DNA of 63,641 nt, filler included, from Octopus bimaculoides (Eukaryota): the NCBI RefSeq assembly GCF_001194135.2. It is 5 parts of 5 records of this genome, joined end to end, with 100 filler letters (N's around TTAATTAATTAA, not from the genome) between each part and the next. Parts side by side here need not be neighbours in the genome. Positions count along the whole stretch, not along the records: positions 30,949 to 54,941 come from NC_068982.1; 4 more parts are not named here. One strand, written 5' to 3'. Below, piece after piece: positions 38,361-50,330 of the stretch (the stretch's first letter is position 1; every line of letters starts with the position of its first letter). The position numbers were made by a program, and so were the translations under genes. The notes beneath the pieces were generated by a model, which worked only from the letters and a program-made list of their open reading frames with translations, had not been told where the DNA came from and made no database searches.

Positions 38361-38885
38361 GGCGGCGAGCTGGCAGAAACGTTAGCACGCCGGGCGAAAT
38401 GCTTAGTGGCATTTCGTCTGTCTTTACGTTCTGAGTTCAAATTCCGCTGAGGTCGACTTTACCTTTCAACCTTTCGGAGTCGATAAATTAAGTACCAGTT
38501 GCGTACTGGAGTCGATCTATTCGACTGGTTCCTCCCCACAAATTTCGGGCCTTGTGCCTAGAATAGAAAAGAATCGTTAGCACACCGAGCAAAATGCATC
38601 GTGGCATTGTGTCCGTCCTCACGTTTTGCGTTCAAATTCCATTTGGAAGCCATTGCATTAACTAGTAAATTCAGTATTTTGGTTTGATGAGAGCAGCGAG
38701 CTGGCAGAAACGCTAGCACGTCGGGCGAAATGCGTAGTGGTATTTCGTCTGCCGCTACGTTCTGAGTTCAAATTCCGCCGAGGTCGACTTTGCCTTTCAT
38801 CCTAACGGATTGATAAATTAAGTACCAGTGAAACACTGGGATCGATGTAATCGAATAACTTCCTCCCTCAAAATTTCAGGCATGG
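38361..38885 (+). mobile_element. Tandem cluster of three SINE family B copies (two near-full, one partial), CpG-rich
   Basis: GGCGGCGAGCTGGCAGAAACGTTAGCACGCCGGGCGAAATG...GTTCAAATTCCG..GAGGTCGACTTT..CCTTTCA at 38361, about 38570 (partial) and about 38690. Confidence 0.88.
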
Positions 38886-39388
38886 TACTTTCAGTAGTAA
38901 GTATTACAATAGCTCATCATATGTATATAGCATTTACTGATTTTTTCTTTTTTTTGCCAGGCCTAATATAAAATAGATTTAAAGAGTTTAGGATATTAAA
39001 CATTCATAAGTGTGATGACAATGAATGAGGTAAATTAACCAAGCATATCTTCCACGTGATGAGCAGTTCATTAATTCGCCGTTGACCTACTTTAATGTTG
39101 TAAACAAAAGGATTTTAATTAATAAAATTTATTATACCTGTCGGAAAAAACAGAAGTATTACCCTCATGATTAATTCTGGTTAAAAAAAGCAAGAGCATA
39201 ACTCCAAATTATATATATAACAAACTGAAAATGAAATAAAGGCGTTCAATGAAATTAGTGAGATAATTTTAATATTTAAATTTCCAAATTGTCTTCCTGT
39301 CTTTCTCCATTAATATTATCACTAATCTACCACAAATCATCTACAAATACTGCTTCTAATACTAAGAACAACGCCAGTTATTGAAATT

Positions 39389-39546
39389 GCGTGGCTGTGT
39401 GGTAAGATGCTTGCTTTCCAACCACATCATTCCAGGTTCTGTTCCACTGAATGGCACCTCGGGCAAATGTCTTCTGCTATAGCCTTGGGCCGACCAAAGT
39501 TTTGTGAGTAGATTCGGTAGACGGAAACTGAAAGTAACCTGTCGTG

Positions 39547-39595
<49 letters not shown>

Positions 39596-39790
39596 CTTTG
39601 TGTCTGTGTTTGTCGCCCCATAACCGCTTGACAACCGGTGTTGGTGTATTTGCGTTCCCGTAACTAAGCGGTTCGGCATAATAATGTGACACAGTAAGTA
39701 CCTAGCTTTAAAAATATTTTGAGATGAACTAAAAATCTTCAAAGTGGAGCCCTAACATGGCCACCCTAAAATAACTGAAACAAATAAAAA
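39389..39790 (+). mobile_element. Full-length SINE family A with central (TA)n(TG)n
   Basis: Head, compound microsatellite and tail collinear with 6047-6455. Confidence 0.88.
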
Positions 39791-40203
39791 AAATAAGAGA
39801 AATATATACATATGATTTGCTACATATTAGCAACATGTTAGCAATGAGCCAAGTATTAATTTTTTTTTTATATCAGTGATACATGAATGTAATTTGCCCC
39901 GCACATTCATTTAAATTCTTGGAAGAGTCTGTTCACTTAATATGTAATACGTATCATTGAATCTAAGACAGTGCCTCGATAAGAAGTATGTTGGCTATAC
40001 TACACTTATGCAGATCAGTGACGTAGCTCCTATTTCCCTATCACTCATATATGATCCATTACTCAATGTCCAGTTATTTGTTTTCCTAAACCAATCGGTA
40101 AATCACGTGTAGTGATTCATTTAACTCATACGAAAGTAACAAATCCTCTCAATCATAATTACTTATTACTAGCATCTAATCTCTTATATCTCTTTACATT
40201 TAC

Positions 40204-40407
40204 CTCCTTCCTTCATGATGTGAAAACCAAAATGGAAGTAGTAAGAATTTTATATGTTGCAGTAGTATAGATACACACGAATTACTACAACTTTTGCAGC
40301 TGCTGGCAGTATTAGTAGCAACAACAGTAGGTGACTTATAGTTGATTAGTGATTGTCTCCGAAATAGAATAGCTGATACAATGGCAAATACACAGATAAT
40401 CATATCT
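40204..40407 (-). CDS. Candidate 204-bp exon of unknown product
   Basis: TTTTGCAG acceptor and GAG|GTAAAT donor bound one open frame (DMIICVFAIVSAILFRRQSL...HHEGR); no recognisable homology and no partner exons found. Confidence 0.2.
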
Positions 40408-43400
40408 CTGCAAAATTATTCTAAGGAATGTTATAAGCACTGAATAGAAAATATATTAAAAAGTAACACAATGCAGTCAAAGATGTTGATAGCAAACACC
40501 CCAAAACAAGTTAGGCAATGATAAGAGATACATTGCTATCGCAAATGGCTTCATAGCTTTAATATCATATGTAAAAAAAAAATCCTCTTTTAGTGAATGA
40601 GGCGCCACTATAAATGTAATAATATATGTAATCAACATTTCTAAATAGAGCTTTATGATGATAATTTAAGATAGACATTTCAGAATTCCATAGGAATTTG
40701 TATGGTTTTTCGCTAATGAAGATAAAACTTTAAGTCAACATTTCTGTTTGATTTTCACTTGATAATTGCTTTTAAAAAGAAAGAAAATCAAGAAAATTGT
40801 TTAATTTAATATTTCTTTTTTATTCCTGTTTCTTTTTATTCTCCCAGCACTTAATGTTTTGAAATAAATAATAAATAGTGCACACCCCAAGGGGTTTCTT
40901 TGTAGAAACATTAGAGTGAAAATACTTTGCATCACACGCAATATTTTGTTCATTGTTAGGCTTGAAATTATTTACAGCACCCTGCAGATATTTATCTCCT
41001 TTCTGTACTCCTTACTCTTTAAACATCATTGTGTAGAAATGACAACCTCATAGTATAGATATTACCTTCACAAACAAATAGTTTCTGTCTGTTAGGTATA
41101 ATATTTTTGCAGGTAGTTTTTCCAGAAAACATAAGCAAGAAAACAAGAGGTGAAGAAGAAAGTCGTTTATGAAAATTAAATGCTTCATTGTTGAGTCTCC
41201 AAGGTCTAACCGAATGTACTAAAAAACAGAAAAGAGCACTCGTTAATGATTTCCGAGGAAATTGTTTATGATAAAGTCTAAATGTTACAGTTCTTAGATA
41301 AATATAAATTTTCTAAATGTTTTTCCTAATAAATTTACTTTTTTCTGATAAGATATATGTACACTCAATGCTGGTGCAAATATCGACGTGGAATATGTGT
41401 AATTATTAGTATATTATTAAAAAAAAATCTAAACATTTCTTCTCACAATAATGTTTTCTATATGCTAGCTGCAAAATGAAAGTGCCCTCCCTGCGTACAG
41501 AAAACAGTGTTCCTACTATTAGCACATTTCATAATATTAGTACATGGAGTACATTTTATGGTCGATTTTGCTGATGTCAGTATCTGACTGGCAGTATATT
41601 TTATCAAACATGGTTGGAGAAAAGAACAATCTTCACCTTGGTGATTTATGAACTCAAACATAGCTGTCGTAACTAAAACGATTTAGACTTTAGACTTTAT
41701 CTTACGATCCTCAGACTACCCCACTTTCGAAGTAATATCATCTGCAACCGAAATTCCATCTTTGCTTTGTTTGGAGCAGATTCTAAGTTTGTACTTTGGA
41801 AAATATGTTGAACACAATTTACTTGTTCTATACCTTGAAGTAACGTTAATCTATAAAATGATAAAAATTAAGGCGGATCCAAATAGATATCGACTGTTTT
41901 TTGATTGATGATACAGATTTTGAATACAGAGTGATTTTGGTAGCGAAAGCCTCTTAGAGCAATAAAAGCCTGATTTTGCTAAAGAGTCAGAAGAGAATCT
42001 AATTTCAGGACTCTCCAACGTCCCACCTTTTTATTCAATAAGTTATAAAATATCTACGTAATAACATGCTGGTGAAGGCGCTGGCCTAGTGGTTAAGGGT
42101 ATTACACTCATGGTGATAATGTCGTCTTTTCGATTCCCAGACAGCGCGTAGTTGTGTGTTCTTGAGTAGAAGTTTTTATTTCAGGCCACTGATTTTATGT
42201 CTCGTTCGGGGTGGGTGGAGGAGTTGTAATCTCGGTCACATATACGCCATAGAATCCGGGTAACTGGCCTTATGATTCGGGAACTCCAGAAAATACTGAA
42301 CAATATGCAGTCATACTTTCGTGAACTTCAAACTTCATTAATTATATTTTTCTTGTGGTAGAATAATTTAATTATTATAGAAAACATCCAACACATTCGA
42401 TTTTAGTATATACCTTAACATGTTTAGAGTATAATGAAGCAAATTAAAATTCGTTTGTAAAATGTGCACGGTTTTTTGTTGAACTCAGTTTTTCTAAACA
42501 GATTTTCATCTTTTTTAAATATTTTCTTCAACTCGGTTGTTACAAACAGAGTTTCAATTGTGACAAATAATGTAGCAGGCACCCAGCAATATTGAAGCAT
42601 AATCTCAAGAAAGGGAAACTATTTTAAGAGAAATCAAGTTGATCAGTTAACTAGGAAACGAATTCTCGGAAATTAAACCACTTGAGAAATATTTATTCTT
42701 CCTGAAAATTCACTAATTCCGTCAGTCTTCCCCATTCTTCGCTCTTGTGGTTAAAGCCTATTGCAAAGCAAAGCCAACTTGTTGCATTTGAAATTCATTT
42801 CGGTAGCAGTGAGGTGACACAAAAATGAAATATGTATCATGACAAACGTAAACAGAAATCTATTAAATTAAATTGTGTAAATATATCACATAAACACTGA
42901 TTATATTGATTTTGTGTGTTTATTTTTAAATGATGCAATGTGTAGGATTTTATTACGGAAATTGCATTGAAATATTTTAGTTTCAAAGAATACACAAAAT
43001 GTTGATCGAAAATGAATTTTCCGTGGTTGCATTTAAGCTGTCAATGAACCGAATCTGTATAATATAAATGTTTAACTATTACGGTGAATACTAAGACAAC
43101 AAACGGTTAATTGAGACAGTAAATATTTTAAAACTATAAATAGTGAACAATATCTGAAACGCGTAGAACATTAAAGTAATCGTTTGTCGTGTAAACATTA
43201 CAAATAAAGACGCGATAATCGATCCTATAATAATACTGATACAAACTGTACGCCTTCAGAATGTTGGAAAAGACACTTCGACTTAAGTAATATTATATGA
43301 GGAAAATGAGGTAGTGAACTAGATATAACCACAGACATAAAGTCCACAGTTTTTCTAACTCGACAATTTTGATACTCTGAGAAAAATATTGATTTAACAT

Positions 43401-43620
43401 AAAATTTTAAGAGAGGTTTATTCATATTTGTACAAAATTAAATTCTGTAAATCATGTTTTTTATTGTTGTTGTTTTTTTATGTAATTCGATTAACTCAAC
43501 CAACGTTGCAATTTTACTTGGGAAAGAGATATTGTTATGGTATTATAAAATGTAATGACACGAATTACGATTGGCCAGTATCAATGTTTCGAAATGTATA
43601 CGTATTTTTGTACGAGTTGA

Positions 43621-43729
43621 TATTTGTAAATTTATTTTTGTTTATATTTGTAATTTTGCAGTTATTTATATTTATAATTTTGTCCTTGTTTATATTTGTA
43701 ATTTTGTACTTGTTTATATTTGTAATTTC
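43621..43729. repeat. ~24-bp AT-rich minisatellite (about 4.5 units)
   Basis: Unit TTGTTTATATTTGTAATTTTGTAC with variants. Confidence 0.85.
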
Positions 43730-46700
43730 TTATACACATCCACAGAATCTAGAAAAGACCAGAGCAGTTGTAACGCGAAACTTTTACATTTACACTAGGT
43801 TCTGATCCAATTTCAAGAAATATAAATTACAAAGAAAAAACATAATAGACTATAATGCTATTGTTTATATGGCTTTTACAGGCATAAGATTTGACTTTGA
43901 ATTTCTTTAAATGAATAGAACAACAGAAATGATAACAGGACTTCATTTGGATGGAATACGTGAGATTGCTTGGACTGAAAATGTATTCGTCTGTATCTAA
44001 CGTATTTTATAAAGTGAGAAGTTCCCATTGTGCACCAGAGGCAGAACAGACAACTGGGAAAGTATTAGTGATTCTCATTGTATATTTAATTAATATTTCG
44101 TCAACTCGGAGTGATAAAAATATTCCTCTCGGTCAATTATAGAATATAGAAATACGTAGGTAGAATTATGTTGTTTCAATAGAAAGAAATGCTTAAGAAT
44201 TTCAAGGATTATATTTTGCCTTAGATTATATTTAGAGTAGGGTATTCTGTGGAACCTAATGCATACAATATAATAGCTGCAGTCTGTTCTCTTTTCTGTT
44301 TTCGTTCAAGATATGTTTTATTAAAATACAATTGTTGGAAAAGTATAAGAAATATTATCTAACAGGTAAACAAAAAGCCGAAGCGCATAGAGAAATATAT
44401 TCCGTAATTCAGTTTCAATGTTTAATTGTATAAAAGGATTTAAATCCTGTGTAAATAGGCAGTTGTTTGTAAAAATACAAATGTATTAAAACGAGTGTAT
44501 AAACACACGCGCAGGCAAACGCATACACATACATATCACACAAATACGCAAGCAAACACACACGCACAGATGCACGCCTACATATAAGAACGTGTGGGAA
44601 TATATATATATTATATACATACATATATATACATATATATATANNNNNNNNNNNNNNNNNNNNNNNNNNNNNNNNNNNNNNNNNNNNNNNNNNNNNNNNN
44701 NNNNNNNNNNNNNNNNNNNNNNNNNNNNNNNNNNNNNNNNNNNNNNNNNNNNNNNNNNNNNNNNNNNNNNNNNNNNNNNNNNNNNNNNNNNNNNNNNNNN
44801 NNNNNNNNNNNNNNNNNNNNNNNNNNNNNNNNNNNNNNNNNNNNNNNNNNNNNNNNNNNNNNNNNNNNNNNNNNNNNNNNNNNNNNNNNNNNNNNNNNNN
44901 NNNNNNNNNNNNNNNNNNNNNNNNNNNNNNNNNNNNNNNNNNNNNNNNNNNNNNNNNNNNNNNNNNNNNNNNNNNNNNNNNNNNNNNNNNNNNNACATAT
45001 ATATATGAACATAAACATTTTTTTTATTCAGCGTATATCAGAAATTTATTGTGAAATATATAACTGCGACGTCATTTTAAAAGGAAACGCAATCACCGTC
45101 TTTGAGGTGTGGTGAAAAATATCCCTGAAAAATATTATAATCTAATTTATTTTAATCAAATGATTTTCTCTTCTTTTTTTTTTTGTTATGCTCCTAAGTA
45201 ATTATTTACAACAGCGAAAAAATGAGACGTGTTTTGTTTTTAAGAATTAGAAAAATTGTATCAGAAATAATCAATAATTTAATTATTTTTTACTAGACGT
45301 ATTTTATTAATTTTACTATTTATCTAAGAACTACAAATATCAGAATAGTAAGCTATGTCCATTACCAAAATAGCTGCTTATTGAAGTATTACTACTATTC
45401 ACAATACTGTGTTTTCTCTCGTGGTCTTAAACCACGATATGATCTTAATCCAGTGTTCCCATTTCTGATTAATGATGAAAATTAATAAAAGGCCTATGTT
45501 GCTATTAAGAAAGCCAACTGCCTGAATTATTTTATTTTATTTTATTCCTACCCGTATGCTGCAAATTTGTGCCAGACACAGTACACCATATTTTATGAGA
45601 TGCTGTTTTCAGATGTAGTTATATATATTTACACATTTCAACACAAACGGGGTTTATTTACCATTTGGGAAATAAATAATTTATTTTATTGAAAAAGATG
45701 ACGCATAGCAAACAACTTAGCACTTACTTGACTTGTATTACAAAGGCAAAAGCAAGAAATCATAATTGAATTTTATTCCCTCCGTCAATTCTGCCTATCG
45801 TTGTTTTTTAGTTTTAAATTATTTTAAACTTCTGGTTAAAATTTACAAGTAAAATATGTTAGTAGGTGAACACTAGATCAAAAGGCCATTGATCTCCATA
45901 TCCCCACCGTCCTGATGTCGAAGACTGGAAATCCCAATGTGTCTACCTTTAACGAGTTTATTTGGGTAGATTTGTTACTAGGCGGAATCTGTGCAAAAAT
46001 TTATATAAAGAAATATGATAAAATATGTAACATCTTCAATAACTTTGAAAAGTTTCATAAGAATATATTACAAACCTTTGTTGTCTGCAATCTGTTTGTG
46101 TTTGAGGACATTTCTATATGGCAGTAGACCACTGGTTTCAGCAGTAAAATATAATCGCTATATAAACAGACAAGTGAAGAGACGAGTGAATAAACAAGTG
46201 TTTTTCTTACAATGTCAATTTACTGGTCACACTGAGATAGTTATATACTTATTATATCTTGCTCTTTCTTTCGTTATTAGCTGTAAGTAATTGCTTCCAG
46301 TTCAGTTACACATGAAATTTAACAAAAAACACTAATTAATTTTGGCGATAAAAATTTGTTTTTAATATTGGGCTCCGTTGATCAAGTCCCATTAAATGGG
46401 ACTCCAGTGTCATCGACACAAAACATACGAATTCTTGAGAATCTTATTGTTTGATCAATTTACCTTCCACAATACTTCTTTTATCTCAAGATACTTCTTT
46501 ACAATTTACCCTCAAAATACCTCTTTACGATTTTTATCGTATGAGCTCAGATTATTTGTTTAATAATATCGTTCGTCTACCAAACCTTTCCATTACATCG
46601 TAACATCAATAAGGAAGTTGTTAATCACGGATATTTGTTTTGGAATTGAGAAAACAATATGAAAGATTGAAAATCAGATATTTTCTTCCAGTTATACTAA

Positions 46701-47695
46701 CACTATTTTCTATCTTTCAACGCTTGTGTAGTGAGTCAGGGAGCCCTAGATTGTTGATGCGTTGTGCTATAGCAATTTCAGCTATTGCAGGCCGCTTTTA
46801 AATAAATATATTTAAGCAATATTTGATATTGCTTTTGAATAAAACTATTTTCATTCTTTATTTTTACTCCATTTTTGCTATTTGCCCTATACGCTATACT
46901 AGGAATTTGATTCGAGAATATGTTGCCTGCTAAAAACTTATGAACGTATGTAACGGAAAATCACGTGCATTCTCCTTCTCCCTCAAAATTACGTAACAAG
47001 GAAGTTACCATGGGTCGTTCTTCAACTTGTTACAAAGAACGCAATGGTGCATAGTGACCGGCATAATTTCCATTTATTAAATGAGACAGACTTTTGAACT
47101 GAATGCACAAAATGGTCGTTTTAGTATTGAAATTGGTGTCGAAGTGTTAAAAGAAAAGTAGAAATGTTCATGATGAATTGTTTGGTGTTACAAAATGTAC
47201 TTTAGTAAACATCGCTTCCAAACCCAACTCTGTTTTATGAGGTTCTTAAACTATCCAACACTATGTGTTGTTTATATAATTTACGATCGATCACTCCCGT
47301 TAGATTTCTAACCTACAGTGGATACTTAAAATAAATACACAACATGGTTGTCGGTTGAATATAGCGGACAATTTCTGAAACAATATTTACGAATGTTTGT
47401 CACTCACCAGAGATATATTTAAATGATAGATTAATTAATGTTATGTGATATATTATTCGTAAAGTAATTTGATACTTTCAGAATATTTAAATCAGCCTTA
47501 CTATTTCTATGTCTTGGGGCTATATCGAACGCTTATAGGCCAATAAACATTGCGTTCCACTATTTATAGTTATTTTCACATCCCTATGCTTGCTTTTATA
47601 CAGAAGTTTGGATTCCCAACTGAAATATTTCGAAAAGTCAATTCAATACATGTTGAAATCATTTCAATTTTCTCATATGAGTTATTTCTAAATGT

Positions 47696-48425
47696 GGAGG
47701 TGCAATGGCCCAGTGGTTAGGCCAGCGGACCTGCGGTCAAAGGATCGCGGTTTCAATTCCTAGACCGGGCGTTGTGAGTGTTTATTGAGCGAAATCTCCC
47801 AAAGCTCCACTAAGCCCCGGCAGGGGATGGTGGCGAAGACAGACGAAATATCGCTAAGCATTTCGCCAACCGTGCTAACGTTTCTGCCCGCTCACCGCCT
47901 TATTTAGCGCTCAATCTTATTATACGAATATGTCAGGCGACGAGCTGGCAGAATTGTTACGGCATTTTTTCCGACCTTACGTTCTCACTTAAAATTTCGC
48001 CGTGTTCAACTTCACCTTTTCTCCCTTCGGGGTCGATAAAATAAGTACCATTTAGATTCCAGGGGTCGATGTAATTGAATCCCCCCCCCATTGAACTTGC
48101 TGGTCTTGTACCGAAATTTGAAATCAACATTAATATGTAAGACGGTTAGCTAGCAGAGTCATTAGCACGCTCGGCAGAAAACCTAATGGNNNNNNNNNNN
48201 NNNNNNNNNNNNNNNNNNNNNNNNNNNNNNNNNNNNNNNNNNNNNNNNNNNNNNNNNNNNNNNNNNNCCAACATCGCTTGACAACCGATGCTGGTGTGGT
48301 TACGTCCCCGCAAAAGAGACCGATAGAATAAGTACCAGGCTTACAAAGAATAAGTCCTGGGGCCGATTTGCTCGGCTAAAGGTGGTGCTCCAGAATGGTC
48401 ACAGTGAAATGACCGAAATAAGTAA
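47696..48425. mobile_element. Nest of SINEs: tRNA-like head (+), family B (-) partial, family B (+), partial B (+), family A tail (+)
   Basis: TGGCCCAGTGG A box and GTTTCAATTCC B box at 47696-47765; rc B head at about 47840-47902; B at 47935-48125; A tail at 48268-48425. Confidence 0.78.
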
Positions 48426-48656
48426 CAGAAAAAATAACAGAAAAATAATATATATATATTAAATCTCTGAACGAGGTACCAACAGCCACTGCACGACAAA
48501 GTGAAGCACATTTGCCACTTAAATGTGGCTGACCCCCAAGGGTGGATGTTACTGTTGCTTTTAGCCCGAGCAGAACATCTCCTCCAGCTGGCTATCGACA
48601 CGCATCTGTGTCTTGTCTATATTTCCAAAGGGAAGTCATCCTTCCCATCTTGATCT

Positions 48657-48715
48657 GCGATACGTACGGACTCGAGTTTCTGGGTATTTTCCCGTCCTCA
48701 GCGTACGACAATCGC
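48657..48715 (-). ncRNA. Minimal type I hammerhead ribozyme motif
   Basis: Minus strand reads GCGAU-UGU-CGUACG CUGAGGA C-GGG-AAAAUA-CCC-A GAAAC UCGA GUC^CGUACG-U-AUCGC: full catalytic core, 6-bp stem I plus bulge plus 5-bp extension, 3-bp stem II with a C.A closing mismatch, 2-bp stem III with palindromic ACUCGAGU. Confidence 0.8.
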
Positions 48716-48749
48716 CGACCTTCGATGCGAAAGACATTTCTTTGCAAAT

Positions 48750-48864
48750 ATATATAGCTTTTTCCAGTGAAATTGTTCACTGATCTCGAAAACGTGAAAA
48801 CGTGAAAACCACGTTTTCACTTTTTCGAGATCAGTGAACAATTTCACTGGAAAAAGCTATATAT
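48750..48864. repeat. 115-bp near-perfect palindrome (55-bp arms, one mismatch, 5-nt loop)
   Basis: ATATATAGCTTTTTCCAGTGAAATTGTTCACTGATCTCGAAAA-C-GTGAAAACGTG / AAAAC / CACGTTTTCAC-T-TTTTCGAGATCAGTGAACAATTTCACTGGAAAAAGCTATATAT. Confidence 0.95.
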
Positions 48865-49208
48865 NNNNNNNNNNNNNNNNNNNNNNNNNNNNNNNNNNNN
48901 NNNNNNNNNNNNNNNNNNNNNNNNNNNNNNNNNNNNNNNNNNNNNNNNNNNNNNNNNNNNNNNNNNNNNNNNNNNNNNNNNNNNNNNNNNNNNNNNNNNN
49001 NNNNNNNNNNNNNNNNNNNNNNNNNNNNNNNNNNNNNNNNNNNNNNNNNNNNNNNNNNNNNNNNNNNNNNNNNNNNNNNNNNNNNNNNNNNNNNNNNNNN
49101 NNNNNNNNNNNNNNNNNNNNNNNNNNNNNNNNNNNNNNNNNNNNNNNNNNNNNNNNNNNNNNNNNNNNNNNNNNNNNNNNNNNNNNNNNNNNNNNNNNNN
49201 NNNNNNNN

Positions 49209-49239
<31 letters not shown>

Positions 49240-49892
49240 CTTCTTTTGTGTCTGTGAAATTTAGCAGATGGACGTTAGCATTCTTTAGTAAAGTCACCTT
49301 TGCTGTTACCTATGTTTTTCGTTTCTTTCGAGGTTGATTAAATATGTACTGTAAAAGTCTAACGTCAATTTAATCTTGTACACCTTTTCCAATGAATGCG
49401 TGACCTTTGGCCTTTCTTAGGAACGGTAATTAGGTTGTGCTGCTTTACTTTTCATCCTTTCTGATTAGACTAAACTAGTTAGTACCTGTGAAGTACGATG
49501 TTAATTGCCTGAATCTTTTCTCTGAAAGTTTAAAGCATGACGATTGTTACAAATCGTTCTAAGGTTATTGGGATTAATAGAATGATTCCAAACATTAGTT
49601 CTGAATAATTTCTGATATGAATAGAAATTATCAACAGCTGTAAATATCTCGAAACTAAACAATATATATTTAGCGTTTGGTTGATTGAAAGATATATAGT
49701 ATATGAGATTCTTGGAGTATTTTGAATTTCATAAGAGATGTATTTTGAAAAAATTTTCAAAAGTTTAGTGTCATTTCTACTCACATTAAATTAAGTGCAT
49801 CTTCGAACAAGATAATACATAATTAAATCAATATCCAGTATCAGTATTTCACTATGCAGTAGCGACAGAAATAGTATTAATACCGAGAGGTG

Positions 49893-50330
49893 ATATTTAT
49901 CTCCACTTAAACGTGGATGTTCTATTAGAACAAGCTATACTGTGGTAGTTACCCTGAGAGGAATTCTCATATTGCTTCTTGGTGCAAAATGTACTCTCGT
50001 TTATATCGCTTGCGGGAAGATAAATTAGTCGGATAGCTTGTTCAAAACTATATATTAGTGATAGAGTTTTGGCGCTGTCAATCCATATATCGCCAGCGAG
50101 TTGCAACTGTCTCTAGCGGTCGGGTGTCCATCATTGGGAAGACCAAACAAGGTCGAAATCATGGGGTCGGGTGGTTTCGGCGCTGGAGGTAGCGGGAATT
50201 TATATCTCTGCTTGCAATATAAACGTGAATGCATTTTGTACCAAGAAGTCAATACGACAGTTCCTCTCATGGTAACTACCGAAGTAATTTGTTTTTATAG
50301 ATCATCCACTTTTAAGTATGAATAAATATT
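49893..50330. mobile_element. Long imperfect inverted repeat (~120-135-bp arms, ~170-bp spacer); MITE/foldback-like
   Basis: 49904-50026 aligns to the rc of 50197-50317 (CACTTAAA.GTGGATG.TCTAT, GGTAGTTACC.TGAGAGGAA, CTTCTTGGT.CAAAATG, CGTTTATAT, ATAAATT); roughly 80% identical by eye. Confidence 0.8.

Noticed and set aside
43621-43729. CRISPR-like array, also considered for 24045-24287
   Set aside because: Head-to-tail tandem units without unique spacers, in a eukaryotic context with no cas genes.
47696-47775. Possible tRNA genes here and at 14992 and about 42080
   Set aside because: A and B boxes are present, but there is no complete cloverleaf or acceptor stem, and each continues into a SINE body.
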